Source of the DNA: Phycisphaerae bacterium
Lineage (GTDB): Bacteria > Planctomycetota > Phycisphaerae > UBA1845
Assembly (NCBI GenBank): GCA_963666835.2
Contig: CAXXGO010000001.1
Location: 1,376,001 to 1,440,000 of the forward strand
Direction: 5' to 3'
Length of the DNA: 64,000 bases
This document shows, piece after piece, positions 38,772 through 49,006 of this stretch; the stretch's first letter is position 1; the number at the start of each line of letters is the position of its first letter. The translations under genes and the position numbers were made by a program. The notes beneath the pieces are model-generated. The model was not told where the DNA came from and did not search any database. It saw only the letters and a program-made list of their open reading frames with translations.

Positions 38772-40469
38772 TCAGGGGTTCTCATCCGAAGTGGGTTTGT
38801 GGGAACGTAAGTAGCTCCGGGCGAGGTCGTCGCCGAGGCGGGCGGCTTCCTTGAAGCACCGGATCGCCTCTTCCTGGTCCGGGGGACCGACCAGCCCGTC
38901 GCCCGCGGCCAGCGCCAAGCTCCGCCAAGCGGCGGCATCGCCCAGCTCGGCGGCCTTGCGCCACAAGTCGACGGCTTTGTGGTCGTCTTTCTCAGCCACC
39001 CCGCGGCCCTCATGATACATGAAGCCCAGTTTCGTCATGGCCGCGGCAGAACCCGCGCGCGAAGCCTTCTCCCACCACTCCACGGCCTTGGCGTCGTCCT
39101 GAGGCAACCCGCCCCGGGCGACGATGTGCCAGACGCCGAGCGTGGTCATCGCTCCCACGGAGCCTTTCTCCGCGGCTCGAAGGTACCATTTCGCGGCCTG
39201 CTCCTCGTCCTTATCCACGCCGCGGCCCAGCTCGAGCATGGTGGCCAGGCTGTTCATCGCCGAGGCCTCCCCTCGGATCGCGGCGCGGCGGAGGTACTGA
39301 ACGGCTTGCTCATCGTCCTGCGCTACGCCTCGGCCCTCCGCCAGGCAGACTGCCAGATTAGTCAGTCCGCGGCGATCGTCCTTAGCAGCGGCTTTGCGAT
39401 ACCAGTCGACTGCCTCGGCATAGTCCTGGGCAACTCCGCGTCCCGCCTCGTACATCACCCCGAGGTTGGCCATACCCGCTGCGTGTCCCGCACCCGCCGC
39501 CTTGCGATACCAGTTCACCGCCTGCCTATCGTCTTGCGGCACTCCGCGTCCTTCGCTGTACATGGTCCCCAGGTTAGTCATTGCTTTGGCGAACCCTGCT
39601 TCTGCGGCCTTGCGGTACCAGAAGGCAGCTTGCGTGTGGTCTTTGGTGACCCCGCGTCCCGAGTCGTACATGACGCCGAGATTGCTCATGGCTCTGACGT
39701 AGCCGGCATCGGCGGCCTTGCGGTACCAGGCAGCAGCCTGGGCGTCATCGCGTTCAACACCGTGTCCGTTGGCGTACATCAGTGCCAGCCGGTCCATTGC
39801 GAGCGGGTCTCCGGCGATGGCGGCCTTGGTATACCAGGTGATGCTGGCCGCCGGGTCAGATTCAACGCCCAGCCCGGCGTCGATTGCGAAGGCATAGAGC
39901 CCCAGAGCGTGCCGGTCATTCTTCTCGGCCAGCCGTCGCACGGCCGGCAGCACTTCCGCAGCGATTTCGACGGCTTGAGCTGCGTCCTCTTGGAACCCGC
40001 ATTCCCCCTTGTAGTGGCAGCGGGCGAGCCACATCCGGGCGATCGGGTCGTCATCCGCCGCGGCGGCGAGGAACATCTGTTTGGCCTTGGTCTTCAGAGG
40101 CTTGCCGATAAGGTAGCAGAACGAAACGGCTTGCCGGAGCGTAGCTTGAGTCTTGGAGGGAGTCGCGGACACCGGTTCGGTCGACGCCGCGCCGTCGGTT
40201 GGTGGGTTCTTCTCGCGGGAGACGTCCGGCTCATGCGCCGGCTCAACCTTTTCCGGCTTTGATGTCGCAGTCGGTCCGGCGGGTTCGGCACGTTCCGTTG
40301 GGGGCGTTTTGTCCGGGGCGGTAGCGGACGAGCTGTCCGCGGGGGACTTGGCGGCGGAGGGCGGGGAATCGGTTCCCCGCTCGGCGTCGGGCCGCGGAGC
40401 TTCGTCCCTTTTGCATCCCACGAAGGTAACCAGCAGAATAAGTACGCCTACACGCCATAACCGGGTCAT
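38772..40469 (-). CDS. Sel1-like repeat lipoprotein
   Basis: Lipobox FVG-C, Pro/Ala/Ser-rich linker, about 10 AMxNLGxMYxxGRGVxQDxxxAxxWYRKAA repeats. Confidence 0.92.
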   Translation of the reverse strand: MTRLWRVGVLILLVTFVGCKRDEAPRPDAERGTDSPPSAAKSPADSSSATAPDKTPPTERAEPAGPTATSKPEKVEPAHEPDVSREKNPPTDGAASTEPVSATPSKTQATLRQAVSFCYLIGKPLKTKAKQMFLAAAADDDPIARMWLARCHYKGECGFQEDAAQAVEIAAEVLPAVRRLAEKNDRHALGLYAFAIDAGLGVESDPAASITWYTKAAIAGDPLAMDRLALMYANGHGVERDDAQAAAWYRKAADAGYVRAMSNLGVMYDSGRGVTKDHTQAAFWYRKAAEAGFAKAMTNLGTMYSEGRGVPQDDRQAVNWYRKAAGAGHAAGMANLGVMYEAGRGVAQDYAEAVDWYRKAAAKDDRRGLTNLAVCLAEGRGVAQDDEQAVQYLRRAAIRGEASAMNSLATMLELGRGVDKDEEQAAKWYLRAAEKGSVGAMTTLGVWHIVARGGLPQDDAKAVEWWEKASRAGSAAAMTKLGFMYHEGRGVAEKDDHKAVDLWRKAAELGDAAAWRSLALAAGDGLVGPPDQEEAIRCFKEAARLGDDLARSYLRSHKPTSDENP

Positions 40470-40649
40470 CGTCTGTGCTCCCTTTGAACCGCACGGTCAA
40501 TCGTAAAACTGTTGTGGCGCCCGTCGGTGGCTGCAAGAGGGGCGCAAACATGTACTTACGTATACCCGAAAAACAGCAGAATGGCGACCATCCTTGGTGC
40601 GCCGGCCATCAAGACCGGCCCATCATTCGACGCCCGTTCCAGGGTTCAT

Positions 40650-40919
40650 TCAGCCCAGCGGATGCGCCATCAGCTTCCGACGGCAGTCATCACAGACATC
40701 AAAGCGAAACGCTCGGTAGGTTTGGTCTTCGACTTCGTCCGGATCTGCGGTGGCCAGGTCATTCAGAACAGCCTGGAGTTTCTGCCTCGTGTCGGCCGGT
40801 GGCTCTTCTTCGAGGTCAATGTGCTCTGCGGCGGCAAAGACCTCCATTCTCACGATGAACCGTAGCGGATCGTTGGGATCCATGCGCCGACCGCATCTGT
40901 CGCATTCGAAGCGGATCAT
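40650..40919 (-). CDS. Small putative zinc-binding protein
   Basis: CDRC at the N-terminus and CDDC at the C-terminus. The start overlaps the trpD stop (ATGA). Confidence 0.8.
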   Translation of the reverse strand: MIRFECDRCGRRMDPNDPLRFIVRMEVFAAAEHIDLEEEPPADTRQKLQAVLNDLATADPDEVEDQTYRAFRFDVCDDCRRKLMAHPLG

Positions 40920-41968
40920 GCGTTTGATTCCAGGTTATCAGACCCGCTGTCCCGCGCCGGGGCGATCGCCCGCCACTGCTCCAGCTTCTCCATCGCTTTC
41001 CCCTCGTCGATCGTTCGGGCGGCGAGAGCCACTCCCGCCCGCAGTTCCTTGGCCAACCCTCCAATCACGAGAGCCGCCCCGGCGTTCAAGAGCGTATGAT
41101 CCCGCGGGGCTCCAGCTTCGCCGCGTAGCACTCCCGTCACTACCGCGGCGCTGGCCTCTGGAGAGTCGATCAACAGATCGTCCAGAGCCCCCCGGTGCAG
41201 GCCCGCTCGCTCCGGAACGACCTCGAAGTGGGTGATACGTCGATCCCGAATCTCGGCCACAAGTGTTGAAGAGGTAATAGTCAGATCACAGAGCCCGTCC
41301 TTACCATGGACGACCCACGCGTGCTCCACCTTGAGCTGCAATAACGCCTGAGAGACCAGATCGACAAGATCAAGCGTGGGAACTCCCACCAATTGCCGCC
41401 GGACCCCCGCCGGATTGGTCAAAGGGCCGAGCACGTTGAAGATCGTACGAAACGGCAGCGCCCCGCGCACCGGAGCGGCATATCGCATGGCCGGGTGGAG
41501 GTTTCTGGCGTTCAAGTAGCCGATCCCGATTTCGCGCAGGCACCGTTCCACCGTTGTCTTGTCTGCGTCGACGTCGATACCCAAATGGGCGAGCACTTCG
41601 GTACTGCCGCTGACGCGCGTAGTACTTCGATTCCCGTGCTTCGCCACTTTCGCGCCGGACGCTGCGGCGATGATGGCGGCCGCAGTGGAGACGTTAAACG
41701 TACTCACGCCGTCGCCGCCCGTACCGCAAGTGTCGATGGCGTCTTCGCCGCCGGAAATCCGAACGCTGCTTTCGCGCATCGCCTCTGCGGCTCCGACGAC
41801 TTCGTCGGCGCATTCTCCCTTGGTGTGCAGGGCGGTCACCAGGGCGGCGCACTCGACGTCGGACAGTCCGCCAGCCATTATTTCGCCGAACACGGCCCGG
41901 GCCTGCTCGCGTTTCAGGCTCTGTGCCCGGACTACAAGACCGAGGATTCTCTTCAGTTCATTGTCCAC
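40916..41968 (-). CDS. trpD: Anthranilate phosphoribosyltransferase
   Basis: DTCGTGGDG, FNVST, AKHGNRS, SGSTEVL, RTIFNVLGPLTNP and VVHG. GTG start follows AAGGGG. Confidence 0.95.
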   Translation of the reverse strand: MDNELKRILGLVVRAQSLKREQARAVFGEIMAGGLSDVECAALVTALHTKGECADEVVGAAEAMRESSVRISGGEDAIDTCGTGGDGVSTFNVSTAAAIIAAASGAKVAKHGNRSTTRVSGSTEVLAHLGIDVDADKTTVERCLREIGIGYLNARNLHPAMRYAAPVRGALPFRTIFNVLGPLTNPAGVRRQLVGVPTLDLVDLVSQALLQLKVEHAWVVHGKDGLCDLTITSSTLVAEIRDRRITHFEVVPERAGLHRGALDDLLIDSPEASAAVVTGVLRGEAGAPRDHTLLNAGAALVIGGLAKELRAGVALAARTIDEGKAMEKLEQWRAIAPARDSGSDNLESNA

Positions 41969-42187
41969 GTAGGCCCCTTCGAGTCGTTTCCTGAGAACCC
42001 GAGTTACGTTCGGTTGGTCGCGTTGTGCCGACCCGCGCGGCTGGATATTATCCGATCCGGCCGAGAGAGTCTTCACCCCTGTGATGTGGGCGAGCCCGGC
42101 TAACTGATGCGTCGCCGTTTCGTCCTCGATCGGGTTCAAACCGCGCTCGTGGGAGTGCGAATCCGGCCCAACGCCGCAGAGATAAGC

Positions 42188-43597
42188 ATGCTGGATCGCC
42201 TGGACCGCACGATTGTTGCAATTTCTTCAGCCGCGGGACGCAGTGCCGTCGGCATCGTCAGGTTATCCGGGTCCGATTCGCAGGCAATCGTCGAGCAGAT
42301 GGCCTCTGAGGGTTCCCAAAGACCTCTGTTGCTCCCGGATCGAGCGGGGCGGGTGCCGGGCTTTGTCTTCCCCGAGCCCGATCTGCATTTGCCGGCAGTA
42401 TTCTACGTTTTCCGGACGCCGCACAGTTACACCCGCCAGGATATCGTCGAGATTCACTCGATTGGATCACCGGTTGTTTTAGACATGATACGCCGTCGCG
42501 CCGTGGATCTCGGGGCGGTTCCTGCTGAGCCCGGGGAGTTCACGGCCAGGGCCTTTCTCAACGGGGCGATGGATCTTACCCGGGCCGAAGCAGTGGCCGG
42601 GATCATCCGGGCACGCAGCGATAGCCAACTGCGTGCCGCCCGGAGCATGATGGATGGAGCCCTGTCCGACCGGGTCTTTCGGATTCGCGATACGCTGGCC
42701 GACGTTCTTGCGCTGGTCGAGGCGGACATCGATTTCTCAGAGGAGCCGATCGACTTCATCACCCCCGACGTCTTACGCTCCAGACTCGCCGAGATCGGCA
42801 AGCAACTGAATAGCACGCTTACCGAGGCGGTTTCGACTGAGCGGATAGACGTTTTGCCGCGGATTCTGCTGCTCGGCCCGCCCAACGCGGGAAAAAGCTC
42901 GCTTATGAATGTCCTGACGCACACCAGTCGGGCGATCTGCCACGCCACGGCCGGTACCACCCGGGATGTTCTCTCGGCTCCGTTGGTGTTGGGGGGCGGT
43001 GAAGCGATCTTACTCGATGCGGCCGGCGTTGATTCGTCGGATGACCATATCGCGTCGGCCGCGCGAGAAACGGCTCTTGAGACCGCCGAAAGGGTGGACC
43101 TGATCTGCGTGGTCTTTGATATCGCACGAGCTGGCGAGGAAGCGGTCTTCCTCGACCGGATTGAGTCGCTCGAAACGGCCGAGATGGTGATCGCCGCCAA
43201 CAAGATCGATTTGGTGGAATCGGCGGAGATTTCCGCGGCCGTGGAGCGTCTGGTGGCTTTGGATCTGGGGCCCGTTTGCCCGGTGAGTGCTCGCACTGGG
43301 AGTGGGATTGGAGATCTTCGCAGGCTCTTAGCCGAGCGGTTGGCGATCGGTGCGGGTCCGGCGTTCGGCGAGTTGATCGTTCTCAGTGACCGCCAGCGGG
43401 AGGCCGTGAACGAGGCGACTGCCGCCGTCGGTCGGGCGGAGGCGTTGAGCACGGAGGCCGCGGCGACCATCGATTGTGCCGACCTCTTGGCATTTGAACT
43501 TCGTGAAGCTCTGGATGCTCTGGGTAGTGTTACGGGGGAAGTCACCACTGAGGATCTGCTCGGCCGCGTGTTCGCTGGTTTCTGCATCGGCAAGTAG
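42188..43597 (+). CDS. mnmE: tRNA modification GTPase MnmE/TrmE
   Basis: TIVAISS, GIVRLSG, PGEFTARAFLNG, GPPNAGKSSL, GTTRD, NKID and C-terminal FCIGK. Confidence 0.95.
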   Translation: MLDRLDRTIVAISSAAGRSAVGIVRLSGSDSQAIVEQMASEGSQRPLLLPDRAGRVPGFVFPEPDLHLPAVFYVFRTPHSYTRQDIVEIHSIGSPVVLDMIRRRAVDLGAVPAEPGEFTARAFLNGAMDLTRAEAVAGIIRARSDSQLRAARSMMDGALSDRVFRIRDTLADVLALVEADIDFSEEPIDFITPDVLRSRLAEIGKQLNSTLTEAVSTERIDVLPRILLLGPPNAGKSSLMNVLTHTSRAICHATAGTTRDVLSAPLVLGGGEAILLDAAGVDSSDDHIASAARETALETAERVDLICVVFDIARAGEEAVFLDRIESLETAEMVIAANKIDLVESAEISAAVERLVALDLGPVCPVSARTGSGIGDLRRLLAERLAIGAGPAFGELIVLSDRQREAVNEATAAVGRAEALSTEAAATIDCADLLAFELREALDALGSVTGEVTTEDLLGRVFAGFCIGK

Positions 43598-43694
43598 AGG
43601 GTCTTCGGGATCGCCGGCGGGACGCCGTCTCCGGACACGGTTTTTCTGGGGATGGGGGTCGCCACATCATGCGGGGCCGTATGACCGGAGGAGC

Positions 43695-43979
43695 TCAGCG
43701 TCTTTTGCGCCGATCGCGAAGCTCGGTGATTACGACCCACGGCAGAGTGGCAAGAAGCCACGTGCCAGGATCTAGCATCGCGGGGAGGAAGGCCCAAAGC
43801 CCAAGACTCTCTCGCGCGGATAGCCAGGCACCGAAAGCGAAGAGGAGAGACACGAGGCAAACACAAGAACACCCTCGGTCAATACCTGCTCTTCTTCTTG
43901 TTGCGGCAATACAGCCAACGATGTTGCCGAGCGCAACCAACGCTGAGAGCGCCAGGCATGTGACCGCAACGTAGATCAT
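43695..43979 (-). CDS. Small hypothetical membrane protein
   Basis: 94 aa with three hydrophobic segments. Confidence 0.55.
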   Translation of the reverse strand: MIYVAVTCLALSALVALGNIVGCIAATRRRAGIDRGCSCVCLVSLLFAFGAWLSARESLGLWAFLPAMLDPGTWLLATLPWVVITELRDRRKRR

Positions 43980-44268
43980 GTCTTGTGCCCAAACAGTCGG
44001 GTCCGGCTGGTTTCTCCCAGTACGATCGGTCTTCAGCCGATACGGTACTTGTTGTTAGATGCTGCGTAAACCAACAGGTGATCCTGCAACCTCCCCGGCC
44101 TCTTTGCGACAGGTTTGACCGGTTCCTGGCCCTTTCCGGCTGATGCTGCGCGCTCCTCGCGACGCTTCCGTTCTGACTGGGCGGACTACTCTGCGGATGC
44201 AAAGCCGCTATAATGCCGCCCTTTGTGGTGTCGGCTGAAAAGCGGCGGGCGAACGAGGGTGATAGCGG

Positions 44269-45318
44269 ATGCTGAGTTACCAACACGTGCGGTTCGAGGA
44301 GTTCGGCTACGTGCTGCCCGAGACGGTGGTTACTTCGGTGCAGTTGGAGAAGGAGCTGGCTCCCATCTACGAGCGGTTCGGACTGCACGAAGGGCGGCTT
44401 GAGCTGATGACCGGGATCCGTGAGCGGCGGTTCTGGGATCCCGGTACGGTGCCGAGTGACGGTAGCACTCGGGCCGGGCGAAAAGCGCTGGAGAACTCCG
44501 GAGTCTCGCCGGGTGAGATCGAGTGTCTGATCCACACTTCGGTCTCTCGCGACTTTCTGGAGCCGGCGACGGCCTCGGTGGTCCACGACAACCTCGCCTT
44601 GCCGCGCGAGTCGATCATGTACGATATTTCCAACGCCTGCCTGGGGTTTCTCAACGGTATCGTCTCGTTGGCCAATATGATCGAACTGGGGCAGGTGAAA
44701 AGAGGGCTGATCGTAGCCGGGGAGAGCAGCCGGCAGCTCGTCGAGACCACCGTGCGGCAGTTGCTGGCGAAGCCGTCGCTCACCCGGCAGGAATTCAAAG
44801 CCGCGTTCGCGTCGCTGACGATTGGGTCCGGGGCGGTGGCGCTGGTAATGTCGCACGATTCCGTGTCGCGGACCAACCATCGGCTGTTGGGGGGCGTGAT
44901 CCGCACGGCCACCGAGCACAACGAGCTGTGCCGCGGAAGTGCCGATACCGGATTCGAGGGCGAATCGGCGATGACCATGCAGACCGACGCCGAGACTTTG
45001 CTGGTGGGGGGGTGCGAGCTGGCCGCCCAAACCTGGCAGGCTTTCGAGCAGCAGTTCGGATGGACGGATGAGGTGGTCGATCGGACTTTTTGCCATCAGG
45101 TTGGCACTGCGCATCGCGATCGGTTCTACGAGTCCATCCGGCTCGACCTGGCGAAGGACTATTCCACGTTCGAGTTCCTCGGCAATGTCGGCTCGGTCTC
45201 ACTGCCGTTGACCATGGCGATGGGTATCGAGCGCAATCCGCCGCCGGCCGATACCGCCATTGCCATGCTCGGGATCGGTAGCGGCTTGAGTAGCATGATG
45301 TTGGGGGTCCGCTGGTAG
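44269..45318 (+). CDS. oleA: OleA-type thiolase/3-oxoacyl-ACP synthase III (head-to-head Claisen condensation)
   Basis: LEPATA (OleA Glu), NACLGF (Cys), CHQVG, GNVGSVS and LGIGSGL. Directly followed by an oleB-like gene. TATAAT at 44209-44214. Confidence 0.85.
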   Translation: MLSYQHVRFEEFGYVLPETVVTSVQLEKELAPIYERFGLHEGRLELMTGIRERRFWDPGTVPSDGSTRAGRKALENSGVSPGEIECLIHTSVSRDFLEPATASVVHDNLALPRESIMYDISNACLGFLNGIVSLANMIELGQVKRGLIVAGESSRQLVETTVRQLLAKPSLTRQEFKAAFASLTIGSGAVALVMSHDSVSRTNHRLLGGVIRTATEHNELCRGSADTGFEGESAMTMQTDAETLLVGGCELAAQTWQAFEQQFGWTDEVVDRTFCHQVGTAHRDRFYESIRLDLAKDYSTFEFLGNVGSVSLPLTMAMGIERNPPPADTAIAMLGIGSGLSSMMLGVRW

Positions 45319-45325
45319 GCCGGTC

Positions 45326-46195
45326 ATGGCTGACGGAACGTCCAGCTTCGAAGACCTTTACCCGTTCGAGCCACGATACCTGGACCTCGATGGGGTGCGG
45401 ATGCACTATGTCGATGAGGGCTCCGGTCCGGCGGTGCTCATGCTGCACGGCAACCCGACGTGGTCGTTCTACTATCGCGAGCTTATCAAGGGCCTGCGCG
45501 ACCGGTTTCGCGTGATCGTTCCGGACCACGTCGGTTGCGGGCTGTCCGACAAACCGCAGCGTTACGAGTACACCCTCGAAACGCACATCCGAAACCTCAG
45601 CCGGCTTGTTGACCACCTTGATGTTGGCGCGTTGGACCTTGTCGTACACGACTGGGGCGGGGCAATCGGGTTCGGTTGGGCGATGCGGAATTCCGAGCAA
45701 GTGCGCCGAATCGTGGTCTTTAACACCTCTGCTTTTGCCGGCCCGTGCCCGTGGCGGATACGCATCTGCCGTTGGCCCGGAGTCGGCGCTCTGCTGGTCC
45801 GCGGTTTCAACGCTTTCGCCGGTGCGGCGGTGCAGATGGCCTGCAAAAACCGAGCGCGGATGACCCCGGAGATCAAACGAGGTTACTTATTGCCCTATGT
45901 GGATTGGGCTTCGCGGATCGCCACGTTGCGGTTCGTGCAGGACATTCCCCTCGAATCGAACCACCCGACCCGGGCGCTGTTGGCGGAAGTGGAAGCGTCG
46001 CTGCCTCAGTTTGCCGACCGGCCGATGTTAATCTGCTGGGGCGGGCGCGATTTTTGTTTCAATGACTGGTTTCTGAGCCAGTGGCGCAGCCGCTTCCCCC
46101 GGGCAGAAGTCCACGAGTTCCCCGAGGCCGGTCACTACGTGGTGGAAGACGCCGTAGACGGCATTCTGCCGCTGGTGAGCCAGTTCCTGGCGTGA
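45326..46195 (+). CDS. oleB: OleB-like alpha/beta hydrolase (haloalkane dehalogenase subfamily; beta-lactone decarboxylase)
   Basis: HGNPTWSF, PDHVGCGLSDKP, VHDWGGAIG, PWRIRICR, FVQDIPL and GHYVVED; adjacent to oleA. Confidence 0.82.
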   Translation: MADGTSSFEDLYPFEPRYLDLDGVRMHYVDEGSGPAVLMLHGNPTWSFYYRELIKGLRDRFRVIVPDHVGCGLSDKPQRYEYTLETHIRNLSRLVDHLDVGALDLVVHDWGGAIGFGWAMRNSEQVRRIVVFNTSAFAGPCPWRIRICRWPGVGALLVRGFNAFAGAAVQMACKNRARMTPEIKRGYLLPYVDWASRIATLRFVQDIPLESNHPTRALLAEVEASLPQFADRPMLICWGGRDFCFNDWFLSQWRSRFPRAEVHEFPEAGHYVVEDAVDGILPLVSQFLA

Positions 46196-46229
46196 CCGTC
46201 TCGGTCTGTTCGTAGATTCGCTGTTTTGT

Positions 46230-46258
46230 TTGACGCTTGCCGGGCGCGCGTCTAGGCT
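46230..46258 (+). promoter_or_regulatory. sigma70-like promoter
   Basis: TTGACG-17 nt-TAGGCT upstream of the VOC gene. Confidence 0.5.
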
Positions 46259-46372
46259 GGCGAGATGAGGGGCGGCAGCGTGTCGAGAGGATTGGACCCT
46301 GCCGAGTTCTCGCGGGCCTTATTGTCGACCGGGCTCTGGAGCATTATGGCAATCTGAAGCAGGAAGAGTCTG

Positions 46373-46726
46373 ATGGGAAACCCACTGTGTCATTTCGAGT
46401 TGATGACGAACGACCCGGAGAAGTGCAAGGCCTTCTACAAGAGAGTATTCGATTGGGAGCTCGACGACGAGTCGATGCCGGGCTACACCCTCGTGCGAAC
46501 AGGGTCGGAGCCGACGGGAGGGCTTTTCGCCAAGCCTCCGGAAGCGCCGTGTGCGTGTATGAATGTTTACTATCAGGTTGATGATCTGGACGACGCGCTC
46601 GCAAGGGCCATCGAAGGAGGGGCTACCGTTCTTGTCGGGAAGACGCCGATACGCAACGTCGGCTACTTTGCGATGTTCGCGGACCCGGAAGGGATAGCGA
46701 TCGGACTAATGCAACCGAACAGGTAA
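46373..46726 (+). CDS. VOC/glyoxalase family protein
   Basis: NPLCHFEL, AFYKRVFDW, YYQVDDLD and FADPEG. Confidence 0.9.
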   Translation: MGNPLCHFELMTNDPEKCKAFYKRVFDWELDDESMPGYTLVRTGSEPTGGLFAKPPEAPCACMNVYYQVDDLDDALARAIEGGATVLVGKTPIRNVGYFAMFADPEGIAIGLMQPNR

Positions 46727-46749
46727 CGCGGTCTTTCGGCCTGCCCGGC

Positions 46750-46771
46750 GTAGCGCAGGCTTTCAGCCTGC
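46750..46771 (+). repeat. GTAG REP of a third family
   Basis: GTAG-C-GCAGGCT-TTC-AGCCTGC. Confidence 0.6.
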
Positions 46772-46896
46772 CGGACGATCGACAGCCGTAGCCTGGTGCC
46801 TCGTCACGTGCAAGGCGCCGTTTCAATCCATACCGTGTCTCGTTGTTGTCCTGCTCACGGGCACTGGCACCCGCGGGCTTGGGTAGATAACCCGGA

Positions 46897-47136
46897 CTAG
46901 GTCCGTGGAGATTTCTGCTGAAGCAGTGACCGCAGAGCGATTATTCGACGTTTACTCGGAGGCACTTCTGCCGGACGTCGGTGAAGACGCCGTTTTCGAG
47001 AGTCGCCACCGGCTAACACGGTGCCTGGCGTGTATACCCGGCGGCATTGGCGGCAATACCGTGGAACCTCCCGCTCGTAACCCCGCACGACTGTAGGAAA
47101 GCTGCAATGCGGGCATAGTATGTATAACGGTGCCAT
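46897..47136 (-). CDS. Small basic zinc-ribbon protein
   Basis: MAPLYILCPHC...YCRQC; Arg-rich C-terminus. Confidence 0.55.
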   Translation of the reverse strand: MAPLYILCPHCSFPTVVRGYEREVPRYCRQCRRVYTPGTVLAGGDSRKRRLHRRPAEVPPSKRRIIALRSLLQQKSPRT

Positions 47137-47289
47137 CTTCAATCCCCCGTACCGCGATCCCGGTGGATCGGGTTGCGTTCCCCTGCGATACATCCTGGAC
47201 CCGCCGATAACGGCGGTCCACCCTCAGGACACAAGGTGTCGCGACGTTTGCGCACACCTCAACCACCCGTTTCCGGCCTCTCGAAGGCC

Positions 47290-47450
47290 GATTCTTGTTA
47301 AGCTCGGCGCAAACCTCCTCCCCCCTCGGCAGTGAACCTGAAGGTAGAGCACCGACCGTGTCGAATCCGGGCAGCTTCGTGCCCGCTATGGAGCTTCCTT
47401 GAACCCCGATAGCCCCCACGCCGGGCATCAGTCTGTACCGGACGTCGGGC
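47290..47450 (-). ncRNA. ssrS: Putative 6S RNA
   Basis: The minus strand folds as an irregular rod (GCCCGGCGT/GCGCCGAGC closing stem, GGGCA/TGCCC apical stem). It has AAGGAAGC and CTCTACCTTCAGGTTCA, resembling the GGGAGC and CCCACC..GGTTCAA motifs recalled from 6S RNAs. CACAAT lies upstream and a GGCCT hairpin downstream. Boundaries approximate. Confidence 0.55.
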
Positions 47451-47672
47451 TTAGCTATTGTGAGGACGGGGAGATCACCCCAGCCCCGTTTGCTTCCCTG
47501 CGGTCTCGCCGATCCCGCAACGTCTGCTCCGCCGACGTTCCTCTCGGGAGGGCGGCTGTGTTTTCTCCTGCCCTCCCTACTTTAGGGGAGGTGCTTGCCG
47601 GCCTAAAGGCCCCGTTCCCATCGCCCCTGGTAGGGAGGCAGACGGGTATTAACGGCCTCTGTGGAAGTACTC

Positions 47673-48875
47673 CTAGAGGCCCAGCAAACCGACCGTTTCA
47701 GTCAGCAGGGTCACCGCGTCCTGCAGACCAATCGGCATGATGTCGCTTGACAATGGAGCCTCCATGAACTCCTGATCTTCCAGGAACGCATCGGCAGCGG
47801 ACCGATCGTCCATCAGGGCGTCATCGTCGTCCACGTGATTGAGACCGAGAAGGTGTCCGGCCTCGTGGGACGCAATATTGCCGATCGCCGTGCCCATCTC
47901 CAGCGCCGTAGGTGGGGTCGAGAACACGGACGGATCAAACGACTCGGTGTAGATTATGGCGTCGTCGCAATAGTCCGTGTTGTACAGATCGACCGCCTCG
48001 GCAATCCCGAACGCTCCGCTGTGGAAGCCGCCGAAGTGGATCGTGGAATACTCTATGCTCTCTGCCGGCGGCGGATCGTCCGACGTCAGAACCGTTACAT
48101 CAAAGTCCTCGAAGTTCTGCTCGACCACGGCGCGAATCTGCTCTTTGATTACGTCGTCCTGGCCCCGGTAACGTTCGTCGATGCCTTCGGCCGAGAATGG
48201 GGCGAGGATGCGCGGTTCCAGATTGGCGGCCTCGACCGTTCCGCCGTCGAAATCGAGCATTAGGTACTGTCCAACTACTTCTGGGACGCTTGCTCCTCCC
48301 GATACCGTTACGTCCACCGAATAGGTGCCGGTCCGGTCTCCCGGCTGGGCGAAGGCTGAGTTCGTAACCACCAAGTAGTATGGGTCGGACTCATGGCGCG
48401 TGATCCAATCGACATAGGAATCTAGATCGAGCGTCGGTGACTCGGAGCGATCGTCGTTGTTGACGACCAGGAGGAAATCGGCGTCGAACATGGCGATGGA
48501 CACGTCCAAGTCCGAATTCGGCGTGGTTGCATCGACCACCACGCGATCCCCCGGAGCCAAAGCGCCGAGCATGTAGACGTCCATGTCGCCGGCCGTGACC
48601 ACGTTTCCCTGCAGACGCGCGACACCGTCGTCGAGCACGGCCACAATCGCCTCGTCGAACGAGTCGTTCGGTTCCCCCGAGGTTTTACCGAGAGGGCTGG
48701 TTAGCGTGGTGTCGCGGTTTCCGTCGATTATCTCGCTCTGATCCACATTGTTGATGAGCGGGAACGTGTCGCCGCACCCCTGGATCATTGCGGCGATCAC
48801 AATCAGCCCAATCGCCGGCGATCGATACGCGGCGTTGCCGATACTCATCAAATGCCCGTCTTGGTCGTTCTTCAT
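47673..48875 (-). CDS. Matrixin-like zinc metalloprotease lipoprotein with PPC-like domain
   Basis: Lipobox IQG-C; EPND...DMDVY PPC-like region; HEAGHLLGLNH and Met-turn ALM. Confidence 0.85.
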   Translation of the reverse strand: MKNDQDGHLMSIGNAAYRSPAIGLIVIAAMIQGCGDTFPLINNVDQSEIIDGNRDTTLTSPLGKTSGEPNDSFDEAIVAVLDDGVARLQGNVVTAGDMDVYMLGALAPGDRVVVDATTPNSDLDVSIAMFDADFLLVVNNDDRSESPTLDLDSYVDWITRHESDPYYLVVTNSAFAQPGDRTGTYSVDVTVSGGASVPEVVGQYLMLDFDGGTVEAANLEPRILAPFSAEGIDERYRGQDDVIKEQIRAVVEQNFEDFDVTVLTSDDPPPAESIEYSTIHFGGFHSGAFGIAEAVDLYNTDYCDDAIIYTESFDPSVFSTPPTALEMGTAIGNIASHEAGHLLGLNHVDDDDALMDDRSAADAFLEDQEFMEAPLSSDIMPIGLQDAVTLLTETVGLLGL

Positions 48876-49006
48876 GGTTGCCCTCGTGTTGCGCCGGAGT
48901 CTTCGGATCATCTCTGCGGCTTCGTTGATACTCATCGCCTGGCGCAATCCTAAGCACAATCGCACAGTCCGATCAATATGAACCGCTCAAGAGTTTACAA
49001 AGGGCG

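Noticed and set aside
43879..45114. Long antisense/alternate-frame ORFs (also 12984-14201, 38979-40262, 42454-43872, 54739-55944)
   Set aside because: They shadow well-supported genes on the other strand, as expected in high-GC DNA, and carry no recognisable motifs.
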